The notes under the pieces are model-generated. The model had not been told where the DNA came from, searched no databases, and saw nothing but the letters and a program-made list of their open reading frames with translations. Shown here piece after piece: positions 9,211 to 18,168 of a DNA stretch of 64,000 nt. Within the stretch, counting starts at the first letter, position 1. Every line of letters starts with the position of its first letter. The DNA is from Myxococcales bacterium (GTDB taxonomy: Bacteria; Myxococcota_A; Polyangia; Polyangiales; DASUME01). The stretch covers positions 7,712,001 to 7,776,000 of the forward strand of contig JASGJH010000001.1 in assembly GCA_047601445.1 (NCBI GenBank), read 5' to 3'. The translations under genes and the position numbers were made by a program.

Positions 9211-12039
9211 ATGGGGGAGATGACCTGGGCACGCCGGATCAGCGCGGCCGTGGCATGCATTGCCGGCCTCGTGCTGCTTGGTTGGTGCCTCGCCTTCGAG
9301 CCTCTTCAGACCTTCATCCCCGCGCGCAGGGTGACGCGCCCCGAGAGCGCCATCGGGTTCCTGCTCGCCGTAGTCGGTGTGTGGGGGCTCGGTTCGAAGC
9401 GCGCGTCCATGCGCCATGTCGCCACCGTCGCGGCGCTCCTGTGCGGTGCGATCGGAGCCACGGCGCTGACCCTTCACGCGTTGGACACCACGATCTCGCT
9501 GCAGCTGCTGCTCCCCCAGAGTCCTGGTGGTGCGCGGCTGACTTCCGTGCCGGCCGCTTCCGGGCTTTGCATGACGAGCCTCGCCCTGTTGGCTTCGCGT
9601 TCACGTGATCGCTGGGCGCTCTGGGTATTTGACGTGGCCACGGTGTCTACGTTCGTGGTTGGCACGCTGGGGATCCTGGCGTCCCTCTACGGTTGGTATG
9701 AGGCGAGTTCCCTCGCCATGGCCTTTCGCAACACGGCGTTCCCTTCGGGCCTCTGTCTCATGGGGCTCGGCTTGAGCACGGCTTTGCTTCACCCCGAGCG
9801 TGGTCTGGTGAGCCGAGTGCTCGAGGTAGGACCGAGCGGCACGCTCTTGCGTAGGCTCTTGCCGGCCGCGGTGTTGCTCCCGGCGGTGATGGGTTTCTTC
9901 GAGAATGCAGCCGCGCGCAATGGCTGGTTCGCGGGCTTCGGGAACGCGCCCTTCGTGGTGGCCGAGGCCGCCGGCATCGTTTGGTTGGTGGCGTTGAGCG
10001 CCCGTTCGGTGCGGCGCTTCGACGCGCAGCGTGAGACAACGCAGCGCGCGCTGGAGGAGGAGATGCGCGCCCACTCCTCGCTGCTCACCGAGCGCGAGCT
10101 GCGCTTCCGGTTGCTGGCCGAGACCGCGCCGCAAATCGTGTGGACCGCGCGTCCCGACGGAGCGCTCGACTACCTCAGCTCCGCCTGGTCGCGCTTCACC
10201 GGCGTCCCGGAGGAGCGCTCCCATGGCTGGCACTGGGACGAGTGCATCCATCCGCAGGACCTGGCGCGCGTGGTGCAACGCTGGAAGGAGGCGGCCGAAG
10301 CCGGGGAGTCCTACGAGCTGGAGTACCGCCTGCGGCGTCACGACGGCGACTACCGCTGGTTCTTGAGCCGCGCCATTCCGTCGCGCGACAGCGACGGGCG
10401 CGTGACTCGCTGGTACGGCGCTGACACCGACGTGCACGAACTCCACGAGGCCCGCGAGGCGCTGCGCATGAGCGAAGCTCGCTTTCGCCTGGCGCTCGGG
10501 GACCGCGCTTTCATTGCCTGGACCCAGGACGCGCACCTCCGCTACACGTGGGTCTACAACCCGGCTGCAGGCTACGAGCCCGAGCGCTCCATCGGGCGCA
10601 CCGACTTCGACGTGCTCGACATGCGGGGCGACGCGGAGCGCCTGGTGGCCATCAAGCGCAGCGTGCTCGAGACGGGCGAGTCCTTCTCGGGACAAGTTCC
10701 GCTCATGATCAAGGGAGAGCAGCGCTACTACGAGATGCGGCTCAACTCCCTCCTCGATGGCGCTGGCGAGGTCACCGGTCTGGCGGGCGCCGCCTACGAC
10801 ATTACCGATCGCAAGCGCTCGGAGGAGTTGCTGCTCAGCGCGCAGAAGTACGAGTCGATCGCGCAGCTGGCGGGGGGCGTGGCCCACGACTTCAACAACC
10901 TGCTGACCGGCATCATCGGCAACGCCGACTACGTGCTGGGCAAGCTGCCCTCGAGCACGCCCACCAGCCTGCGCGTCGCGCTCACGCGCGTCATCGATTC
11001 CGGGGAGAGCGCCGCCGAGCTCACGCAGCAGCTCCTGGCCTATGCGGGCAAGGGACGCTTCCACGTGCAGCCCACGGACCTCAGACGCCTCAAGGACTCG
11101 CTCTCGGGCTTGGTCCGCGCCTCGGTCCCCAGCGGCGTGCGGGTCGAGTACGACGTGCCCTCGGATTTGCCGTTGGTGCGCGCCGACGAGAATCAGCTGC
11201 AGCAGATGCTGACCAACCTGCTGCTCAACGCCATCGAGGCCATCGGCGACCACCATGGCGTGGTGCACATGGTGATGCGTGCCGTGACGCTCGACGCCGC
11301 GTCTGCGAGCACGCTCGACGTCCCCGATGCGAGCGACGGATCCTACGTCCAGATCGAGGTGCGCGACGATGGTCCCGGGATGCCCGAGGAGACGCTTCAG
11401 CGGGCGTTCGAGCCCTTCTTCTCCACCAAGTTCATCGGACGTGGCCTCGGCCTCTCGGCGGCACAAGGGATTGCCCATGCCCACGGCGGCGGCATCGTGG
11501 CCCATAGCAAGCCCGGCGACGGCGCGACCATCCTCGTGACCTTGCCTGCGCTCAGGGAGCCCGCGCTCAGGGCGTCCGCGCCCGTGACCCGCACGGACAC
11601 GGTGGAGCGACCGTTCGCCTTTCCCGGCGCGGGCGTGCTGTTCGTGGACGATGAAGCTCAGCTGCGCGAGATCGGTCGCCTCAGCCTTACCGAGGCCGGC
11701 TACCGCGTGTTCATCGCGGAGAACGGCGCGGAGGCGCTCGAGATCATGGCGCGCATCCACGAGCAGATCGACGTGATCGTGCTGGATATGACGATGCCGG
11801 TGATGGGCGGAGCCGAGGCGGCGCGCAGCTTGCGCAAGGAGCGCGTGGGCGTTCCCATCGTGGCCTCGTCGGGTTACTCGGAGTCGGAGACCCTGGAGCG
11901 CTTCGGCGACATCGCTCCGCTCTTCCTGCGCAAACCCTATCGTCCCAACGAACTGCTCGCGGTGGTGGCGAGCGCGTTGGACCAAGTGCGCGCGGGCCGC
12001 TCCGCGAGCGGCGAGAGGCAAAGCACGCTGCGTGGTTAG
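9211..12039 (+). CDS. Membrane-bound hybrid histidine kinase (multi-TM-PAS-PAS-HisKA-HATPase-REC)
   Basis: Hydrophobic N-terminal third, PAS_3 (IHPQD..EYRLRRHDGDYRWF), AGGVAHDFNNLL, FEPFFSTK..GRGLGL, REC; start uncertain (9163/9211/9220). Confidence 0.92.
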   Translation: MGEMTWARRISAAVACIAGLVLLGWCLAFEPLQTFIPARRVTRPESAIGFLLAVVGVWGLGSKRASMRHVATVAALLCGAIGATALTLHALDTTISLQLLLPQSPGGARLTSVPAASGLCMTSLALLASRSRDRWALWVFDVATVSTFVVGTLGILASLYGWYEASSLAMAFRNTAFPSGLCLMGLGLSTALLHPERGLVSRVLEVGPSGTLLRRLLPAAVLLPAVMGFFENAAARNGWFAGFGNAPFVVAEAAGIVWLVALSARSVRRFDAQRETTQRALEEEMRAHSSLLTERELRFRLLAETAPQIVWTARPDGALDYLSSAWSRFTGVPEERSHGWHWDECIHPQDLARVVQRWKEAAEAGESYELEYRLRRHDGDYRWFLSRAIPSRDSDGRVTRWYGADTDVHELHEAREALRMSEARFRLALGDRAFIAWTQDAHLRYTWVYNPAAGYEPERSIGRTDFDVLDMRGDAERLVAIKRSVLETGESFSGQVPLMIKGEQRYYEMRLNSLLDGAGEVTGLAGAAYDITDRKRSEELLLSAQKYESIAQLAGGVAHDFNNLLTGIIGNADYVLGKLPSSTPTSLRVALTRVIDSGESAAELTQQLLAYAGKGRFHVQPTDLRRLKDSLSGLVRASVPSGVRVEYDVPSDLPLVRADENQLQQMLTNLLLNAIEAIGDHHGVVHMVMRAVTLDAASASTLDVPDASDGSYVQIEVRDDGPGMPEETLQRAFEPFFSTKFIGRGLGLSAAQGIAHAHGGGIVAHSKPGDGATILVTLPALREPALRASAPVTRTDTVERPFAFPGAGVLFVDDEAQLREIGRLSLTEAGYRVFIAENGAEALEIMARIHEQIDVIVLDMTMPVMGGAEAARSLRKERVGVPIVASSGYSESETLERFGDIAPLFLRKPYRPNELLAVVASALDQVRAGRSASGERQSTLRG

Positions 12040-12049
12040 CACGACCCAG

Positions 12050-13123
12050 TTACTTGAGGGCGGCCAGGTGCCCGTCGAGCGCCTGCAAGATTTCGCGGTT
12101 TCCATCCTGGGCGTAGCCCGAGAGTTTCTCCTCACAGCTCGGGAGGGCCTTCACGAACTCGTGAACGCTGTCCGGATCGCTGAGGTCGTCGGCCCAGCGC
12201 CCGTAGCCCAGCCGCTCGAGGTAGCGCGCATTGAGGACCTGTTCGAACTGTCCTGCCACCGGCACCGCCAGCATCGGCTTGTGCAGGTACACGGCCTCAC
12301 CCATCAGCGTGAAGCCACCCCCTGCGATCACGCCGCGCGCCGACGCGAGGTCCGAGATGAAGCCCGCCTCGCTGAAGGGACGATAACGCAGGTTGCCCTC
12401 GACTTGCTCTTCGGCGATGCCGCGGCGCATGCCGTAGACGCGGCACTCGAGGCCGGTGTGCTGCAGCGTGTCGGCCAGTTCGTCGTGGCCTTCGGCCGTC
12501 TGATAGACCAACAAGTGGTCGCCGCGCGTGCGCTCGGCCGCCAGAATCTCGGGCCGCAGGATGGGCGGAAACAGGCTGGTGTTCGGCTTGCGCACCGGCA
12601 GCCGAAAAAAGCTGGTGATCAGGTACTGCTCGCAGAATGGCAGCTTGCCCTTGACGAACGCCTTGGCGATCTCGAACTCCGCGCGGTAGCCGTCGATGAC
12701 GTCGTCGTCGATGGTGCAGCGGTTGAGCACCTGCATGTTGTCGATGCTGATGATGGGCAAGCGATGGGTCTGGCCGAAGTAGTAGGTCCACGACTCGAAG
12801 TCGCTGATGACCACCTCGGGCTTGAAGTCGCTGATTAGCTCGAGGTAGGCGGCGATTTGACGAGGAACTGCCGCGCTGCCTGCCAGCACGTTGGACCACA
12901 GGGTGGAGCCGCGCTGCACGCGGTTGTCGTCATAGACGATGTGCAGGCCGTGGATGCGGTGGACCCAGGCGTGCTGCGCGAAGCGCTTGCGCAGGAACTC
13001 GGCGGCGCGGCCCGAGGCCATCACCTCGACCTCGTGGCCCTGGGCGACGAGGTGCTCGAGTACCACGCGGGAACGCATGGCGTGCCCCATTCCTTCTCCG
13101 ACCACGCCGTACAAGATTCGCAT
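12050..13123 (-). CDS. GT-B glycosyltransferase (MJ1255/VC2487-like)
   Basis: MRILYGVVGEGMGHAMRS, VVISDFE, GGGFTLMGEAVYLHKP, GQFEQVLNA. Confidence 0.85.
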   Translation of the reverse strand: MRILYGVVGEGMGHAMRSRVVLEHLVAQGHEVEVMASGRAAEFLRKRFAQHAWVHRIHGLHIVYDDNRVQRGSTLWSNVLAGSAAVPRQIAAYLELISDFKPEVVISDFESWTYYFGQTHRLPIISIDNMQVLNRCTIDDDVIDGYRAEFEIAKAFVKGKLPFCEQYLITSFFRLPVRKPNTSLFPPILRPEILAAERTRGDHLLVYQTAEGHDELADTLQHTGLECRVYGMRRGIAEEQVEGNLRYRPFSEAGFISDLASARGVIAGGGFTLMGEAVYLHKPMLAVPVAGQFEQVLNARYLERLGYGRWADDLSDPDSVHEFVKALPSCEEKLSGYAQDGNREILQALDGHLAALK

Positions 13124-13168
13124 TCCCGGAGCCTAGCAAAGACCGCCCCGGCGTCCTACGAAGCGGTC

Positions 13169-13717
13169 ATGGCGAGTATCGGACACGTGGCGGTGGGATT
13201 GGCTGCCGCCCGCTGGGAGCACGCGCGACCACGTCCCCTCTTGACCTCGCTCGTGGCGTCCATGGTGCTCTACGCGGGGCTCTCGCTCTTACCAGACTTC
13301 GACGTGATCGGCTTTCGCTTGGGTGTCGCCTACGAGGACCCCTGGGGACATCGCGGGGCCACGCACTCGCTGTTCTTCGCGCTGTGCACCGGCTTGCTCG
13401 TGGCGCTGTTGGCGCGCCTTGCCCAACGTCCCTTCGCGCGCACGTTCGCGTTGTGTTTCCTGGTGGTGGTCTCCCACGGCTTGCTCGATACCTTGACCGA
13501 CGGTGGTCTCGGCGCGGCCCTCTGGTGGCCCTTCTCGAACGACCGCATTTTCGCGCCCCTGACGCCGCTTCCGGTGGCTCCCATCGGGCGGGGGTTGCTG
13601 TCGCAGCAGGGGTTGCGCGTCATGCTGACGGAGTTCGTCTGGTTCGCGCCGATGTTCGTGTACGCGCTCCTGCCCCGACGTGCCACGCGCACTCCTTCCC
13701 AACGCCACGATCACTGA
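13169..13717 (+). CDS. YdjM-family membrane metal-dependent hydrolase
   Basis: GH near N-terminus, SLLPDFD, GHRGATHS, SHGLLDTLTDGG, WPF. Confidence 0.88.
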   Translation: MASIGHVAVGLAAARWEHARPRPLLTSLVASMVLYAGLSLLPDFDVIGFRLGVAYEDPWGHRGATHSLFFALCTGLLVALLARLAQRPFARTFALCFLVVVSHGLLDTLTDGGLGAALWWPFSNDRIFAPLTPLPVAPIGRGLLSQQGLRVMLTEFVWFAPMFVYALLPRRATRTPSQRHDH

Positions 13718-13850
13718 AGCGACTTCGTACGTGATGTCGATTGCAGAGCGTGCGCCGGCGCACGCGTGGGATCTCCCCAGTGGAGGAAAAACTCCCCAGT
13801 CGCAGAACACGCGCCGACACGCTGCCGACACGAACACAGGCGTTTTGGGC

Positions 13851-13866
13851 CGGCACGGCCGATGCT
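13851..13866 (+). promoter_or_regulatory. Putative sigma54 (-24/-12) promoter with upstream direct repeats
   Basis: CGGCACGGCCGATGCT: GG-N10-GC spacing exact; GCCGACACG x2 (13813, 13824) and CTCCCCAGT x2 (13773, 13792) upstream. Confidence 0.6.
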
Positions 13867-13906
13867 TCGTGAGGGAGTGATTCGAGGCAATCAACAGGAG
13901 GCTTCC

Positions 13907-14107
13907 ATGAAGCGGTCCCCCATCTTCGGCTCACTCACCCTGCTCGCTGGCTTGCTCGTCGTTCTCGTTCAGCCGGCCCAGGCGCAGGGAAACCAAGCGC
14001 GTACCAAGCCGGTGGTCGACGCACCGCAGCAACACCGCGCTCACCATACGACGCGGCAGCACGCCCACGGGAAGCCGCGCCATACCCACTACAAGCCTGC
14101 AAGCTGA
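13907..14107 (+). CDS. Small secreted His-rich peptide (66 aa)
   Basis: AGGAGG RBS, Sec signal MKRSPIFGSLTLLAGLLVVLVQPAQA, mature part with 7 His. Confidence 0.7.
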   Translation: MKRSPIFGSLTLLAGLLVVLVQPAQAQGNQARTKPVVDAPQQHRAHHTTRQHAHGKPRHTHYKPAS

Positions 14108-14110
14108 GCG

Positions 14111-15139
14111 CTACAGGAGCCGCAGGCGGCTCTCCCGCGCGCGCGCTCGACCGTCGTAGTCGCTCGGCAGATCGAGGTCCAGCGAGGTCGCGATGGCCCC
14201 CGTGCGCAAGGCATAGGAGCGCTCGGCATAGGCCGCGTCGTCACGCCACAAGCCACGCGCCACATGCTCCACGAACGGACGCACGGCGCCCTGCATGCGC
14301 CCGAGCAAGCGGAAGCCCAGGCGCTCCGAGGTCGCCAGCGTCGTCTCGAGGATGGCCGTGCGTCCCGGCGCCAGCGGCGTCGCGTGGGTCTCCACCACCG
14401 AGCCTCGGCCTTCGCCGTCGACGATGGTCATCACGATGGTGCGTGGGTCGGGGCAGTGGAATGTGGCGTCCACCTCCACCACCACCGGGCCGAGCACGCG
14501 ATATTGGACGCGCAGCTTGAGCAGCGCGTCGGAGGCTTCGGTGACGCGCAGGTTGGTGAATACACCTGGATGGAAGTGCGCTCCGTGCCAGGGGTCGAGC
14601 CGGTTGGCGATCACGTCGTTGGGCTCGCAGCGAGCCTCCACGCGCACGGTCCCTTCGAGGTAGCGCTCCGGGCGCGGCGCGAGGAAGGGGCGCTCGCTCA
14701 AGGTCTCGTGTTCGTGCAGTCCGTCGAGCCTCACCCAGGTGAGGACGCCGTCGTCGTGCACGGGCATGGGGTGCCAGGCTCCGTGCCGCTGACGGCCGAG
14801 CTCGAGGCCATGCCACGGACACACCACCTTGCCGCGACACACGCGGCCCTCGCTCAGCGAAGCGCCGAGATGGGGGCACTCGTCGAAGCCCATCGCCACA
14901 CCCTGCTCATCGCGAAAGGCCACGAGATAGCGGCCCGCGATCTGATAGCGCGTGGGCCCCATACCGATGCGGCGCGAGGCATCGACCGCGTACCAGCCGC
15001 CGGAAGGCAGGCTCAGGGCATGGTCGAGGGCGCTGCGGATGCGCGTGGGGCTCGCCTGCGCCCAGTCGGGCCCGGCATAGGGACCCTCGCGGGTGAGCGG
15101 AGCCAAACGGCGGCCGAGTCGAAAGGTGCGTTCAGTCAT
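14111..15139 (-). CDS. crtV: Rieske 2Fe-2S / DUF5914 protein, CrtV-like
   Basis: CPHLGASL...CPWHG Rieske motif, NRLDPWHGAHFH, SVVETHATP; resembles Streptomyces CrtV; ATG 15139 overlaps crtU stop. Confidence 0.78.
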   Translation of the reverse strand: MTERTFRLGRRLAPLTREGPYAGPDWAQASPTRIRSALDHALSLPSGGWYAVDASRRIGMGPTRYQIAGRYLVAFRDEQGVAMGFDECPHLGASLSEGRVCRGKVVCPWHGLELGRQRHGAWHPMPVHDDGVLTWVRLDGLHEHETLSERPFLAPRPERYLEGTVRVEARCEPNDVIANRLDPWHGAHFHPGVFTNLRVTEASDALLKLRVQYRVLGPVVVEVDATFHCPDPRTIVMTIVDGEGRGSVVETHATPLAPGRTAILETTLATSERLGFRLLGRMQGAVRPFVEHVARGLWRDDAAYAERSYALRTGAIATSLDLDLPSDYDGRARARESRLRLL

Positions 15140-16698
15140 GGATTCACTCCGGGCAGAGGCTCGCGCGCGGGATTCATGGCGGCACCGCGGCTCGGCCAGC
15201 TGGGCAGGTGACCTAGCGCCAAGAGCCCGCGACGCGGCACCGAAAACACGGGACTTCCGATCACGTCGCGCTCCGCGAGCAGGTGGTTGGCGGCCAGCAT
15301 GCCCGCGGCGGTGGCGCGCTCCATCAGGGCGCTCGGCATCGGCAGCTTGACGAAGTCGCCCGCCAACGTGAGGCCCCGCAAGGGAGTGTTCGGCGTGGGG
15401 CGCTGCGCGTGGGAGCCGGGTGCGAACGCCGGGCAGTCCTCGCGCACCAACCAGCGCTCGTCGAACACCCGGGCGCCCGCGAACTCGGGATAGAGCGCGA
15501 GCGTGGCCTGCCAAAGCTCGTCGCGCAGCGCCGACTCCTCGAAGTCGGGCTCCACTGCGTAGGCATGGATCTCCACCACCGAGCCGCCGTGACGCTCGGC
15601 CCAATCGTGGCTCTGGTCCTCGAACCGCTCGAACAGCGAGATGTTGTCGATGTGCCCGAGCTCGTTGGTGCCCACGAAGCCGTGGCGTTCGGCGCGCGCA
15701 CGCCGGTCGATCCAGCGCCGCCACACCACGAACGGTCGTGTGGTCTCGAGGCTCTGCACCGAGCGCCGAAAGCCCGCGTGCGAGAGCTCCGGCGAGCGCT
15801 CGACCAGGGCCTTGAGGGCGGGCACGCTCAGCGCGAGCACCAGCTGATCGGTCTCGAGCTGCTCGCCCGCGCATTCCACCACGTAACCGGCGCCGCGCGG
15901 TGACACGCGCAGGACCTCGGCGTGGGTGCGCACGTCGACGCGCAGGGCAGCGAGCTCGCGCGCCAGCGGCTGCCAGAGGCCGGTGGAGAACGGCTGGTTC
16001 AACACGTCGAAGACCAGTCCCTCGCCGCTACCCGTGAAGTAGAAGTGGAACATCATCAAGAGCTCGGCCGCGGACATCTCTTCTTCGGCGTTGAAGAACG
16101 AGTGAGCGAACACGTTGAAGAGCATGGCGCGCGCCTGGGGCGGGAAGCGCAGGGAGTCGAGGTAGTCGCGTGCGCTCAGGTGATCGTACCGCGCGTAGGT
16201 CGTCGCGCCGTCGTAGGCCACCATGGCCAGCGCCTCGCGCACGTTCACGCGCAGTAGATCGCGCAGCTTGAGGTAGGGAGTGCGCCGCGTGAGCTCGATC
16301 AGATTGAAGGGGGGCTGGTTGGGGATGCCGACGAAGGTCTGCACGGCGCCGCCTCGTCCGTGCACCGGATAGTCGGTCATGGGCGTCAGCATGTGCAGCT
16401 CGGGGTCGAGTCGCTTCAGCAGGTTTCGCAGGTTGTAGTACTGGCGAAAGAACGCGTGAAAACCACGGCCCATCTGGAAGCGCTCGCCCGTGGCGAGCTG
16501 GTCGTCCCAGGCGGACACGCGTCCGCCGAGCACGCCGCCCGCCTCGAGCAGCGTGGTCGTGACCCCGCGCTCGGCCAGGCTCAAGGCGGCGGACACGCCC
16601 GCTAGCCCGCCCCCCACGACGACCGCGCGCGTGGGCGTCGCGACGCGCGTCAGGCGCCCTCCGAGATCCGGCAGCTTCTCTGGAGCCATGAACCTCAT
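15136..16698 (-). CDS. crtU: FAD-dependent carotenoid ring aromatase (isorenieratene synthase-like)
   Basis: VVVGGGLAG FAD motif, GFHAFFRQYYNLR, FAHSFF, ELLMMFHFYF, LAGD..LMERATAAG, as in actinobacterial CrtU. Confidence 0.85.
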   Translation of the reverse strand: MRFMAPEKLPDLGGRLTRVATPTRAVVVGGGLAGVSAALSLAERGVTTTLLEAGGVLGGRVSAWDDQLATGERFQMGRGFHAFFRQYYNLRNLLKRLDPELHMLTPMTDYPVHGRGGAVQTFVGIPNQPPFNLIELTRRTPYLKLRDLLRVNVREALAMVAYDGATTYARYDHLSARDYLDSLRFPPQARAMLFNVFAHSFFNAEEEMSAAELLMMFHFYFTGSGEGLVFDVLNQPFSTGLWQPLARELAALRVDVRTHAEVLRVSPRGAGYVVECAGEQLETDQLVLALSVPALKALVERSPELSHAGFRRSVQSLETTRPFVVWRRWIDRRARAERHGFVGTNELGHIDNISLFERFEDQSHDWAERHGGSVVEIHAYAVEPDFEESALRDELWQATLALYPEFAGARVFDERWLVREDCPAFAPGSHAQRPTPNTPLRGLTLAGDFVKLPMPSALMERATAAGMLAANHLLAERDVIGSPVFSVPRRGLLALGHLPSWPSRGAAMNPAREPLPGVNP

Positions 16699-17423
16699 GC
16701 GATTACCTCTGCCACGAACGTATGCGTCACCCCGCGCTGCCAGCCGTCCATCGGCAGCACCTCCACGCGCCCGAAGCCCGCGCGCTCGAGCCGCGCCACG
16801 AAGGCTCGCACGCCGTCGAACTCGTTGACGCTGCGGCGCAGGTACCGAAAGAGCTCGGGCGCCCGGCTGAGCGAGCTTCCGAGGGGCACGATGACGGTGC
16901 TCGACACGGCGTTCCAGATCGCCCGCGCGAGCGCGCTGTCGGCCACCGAGTACTCGTGGAAGGCGACGCGCCCGCCCGGCTTGAGCAGCGACTTGAGGTG
17001 CCTCAGGCAGAGGTCTTTGTCGGGCACGTTGCGGATGCCGTAGGCCATCAAGATGCCGTCGAAGGGCCCGCTCGCGCCGTGGGCCGCGGGATCCGTGGCA
17101 TCTCCCAACAGGAAGCGTACCGCCGTGAGCGCAGGCTTCTTGGCGGCCACTGCGAGCATGCCCGCCGAGGCGTCGAGCGCGCTAATGCGCGCGCCGGGGT
17201 AGGCCGTGAGCAAGGCCTGGGTGGAGAGTCCCGTTCCGCAACACAGGTCGAGGAGCTCCGCGTCGGGTCGTGCGCGCAAGCGCTCGGCGCTCCAGGCAAG
17301 GTGTTTGCGGTAGCCCGGGTTGAGCGCATTCAACAAGTCGTAACGGCTGGCGACGGTGTCGAATTCGCGGCTCAGGGCGGCCGATCCGAAGTTTTCGTGG
17401 GGTAACTCAGTGCGGGTGTCCAA
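16695..17423 (-). CDS. crtT: SAM-dependent methyltransferase, CrtT-like
   Basis: FD..YDLLNALNPGY, LDLCCGTG, DASAGML, HEYSVADS, GWQRGVTHTF; overlaps crtU by 4 bp. Confidence 0.78.
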   Translation of the reverse strand: MDTRTELPHENFGSAALSREFDTVASRYDLLNALNPGYRKHLAWSAERLRARPDAELLDLCCGTGLSTQALLTAYPGARISALDASAGMLAVAAKKPALTAVRFLLGDATDPAAHGASGPFDGILMAYGIRNVPDKDLCLRHLKSLLKPGGRVAFHEYSVADSALARAIWNAVSSTVIVPLGSSLSRAPELFRYLRRSVNEFDGVRAFVARLERAGFGRVEVLPMDGWQRGVTHTFVAEVIA

Positions 17424-17468
17424 GCGGCTCGTCTTTCTCGAACGCGGCCCAACCGCTGCGGCGTCTCG

Positions 17469-18035
17469 TCAGTAGTAGTGCATGTGAATGGTTACGGTGG
17501 CGTCGCCGCCAGGCTCTAGCGTGAGCTGGGCGTCCTCGAATTTGGGGGGCCCCATGCGTCCGCGCGCATCGCGCGAAAAGCCGATGCCCTCGCGCGGGAT
17601 GCCGAAGATGCCGGTCTTGACCTTGCGATTGCGGTCTTCGTCGTGGAGCACCGAGATGGCGAACACACCCGGCTCCACGTCCTCGAACACCACGCGGGTC
17701 TGGGCCCGCGCGATGGCGGTGGCCACCCGGCGCTCCGCCCGAAGGGGCTCCTCCGGAAAGCCCGCGTCGCTGCGGAACAGGGCGAACAGCGCGTCGCCCA
17801 CGTCGTTCCGGAAGTTCTGGACCGTCACCACGATGCGCCCGCTGGTCTGCCGGGCTTTCTCGGTCGGCGCGGCCGGTTCGGCCTGCGCGCTCGCGTCCAT
17901 CGAGGTTCCGCTGTTGGCGAGCATCGTCACCACCACCCCCGTGCCCAGGAGACGCCGCAGAACGCGAGCCGCACCACGTTTGCCTGGTGTGGTCGGGAAA
18001 GGTACCGCCGCCGATTGCTCTCGGGCCCCCATCAA
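17469..18035 (-). CDS. DUF2141-family exported protein
   Basis: ALF..GFP, PGVFAISVLHDED.N, GIPREGIGFSRDA, GPPKFEDA; start uncertain. Confidence 0.82.
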   Translation of the reverse strand: MMGAREQSAAVPFPTTPGKRGAARVLRRLLGTGVVVTMLANSGTSMDASAQAEPAAPTEKARQTSGRIVVTVQNFRNDVGDALFALFRSDAGFPEEPLRAERRVATAIARAQTRVVFEDVEPGVFAISVLHDEDRNRKVKTGIFGIPREGIGFSRDARGRMGPPKFEDAQLTLEPGGDATVTIHMHYY

Positions 18036-18168
18036 GAGGATGCTACCCGACTCCTACAGAAGCGCACGCGTTCCGAACAGTGCTCCAATTTCTCACCGTG
18101 CAAGTTCTGCGAAACCCAGGCCCGACCGTGATACGCTCGATGTGACGTTTTTCACGGGGTTTTCGCTG

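Noticed and set aside
14111..15874. N-terminally extended ORF calls (587-aa crtV, 539-aa leuB, 856-aa acyltransferase) as fusions
   Set aside because: Extensions overlap neighbouring genes and are low-complexity; internal starts with RBS or overlap coupling fit better
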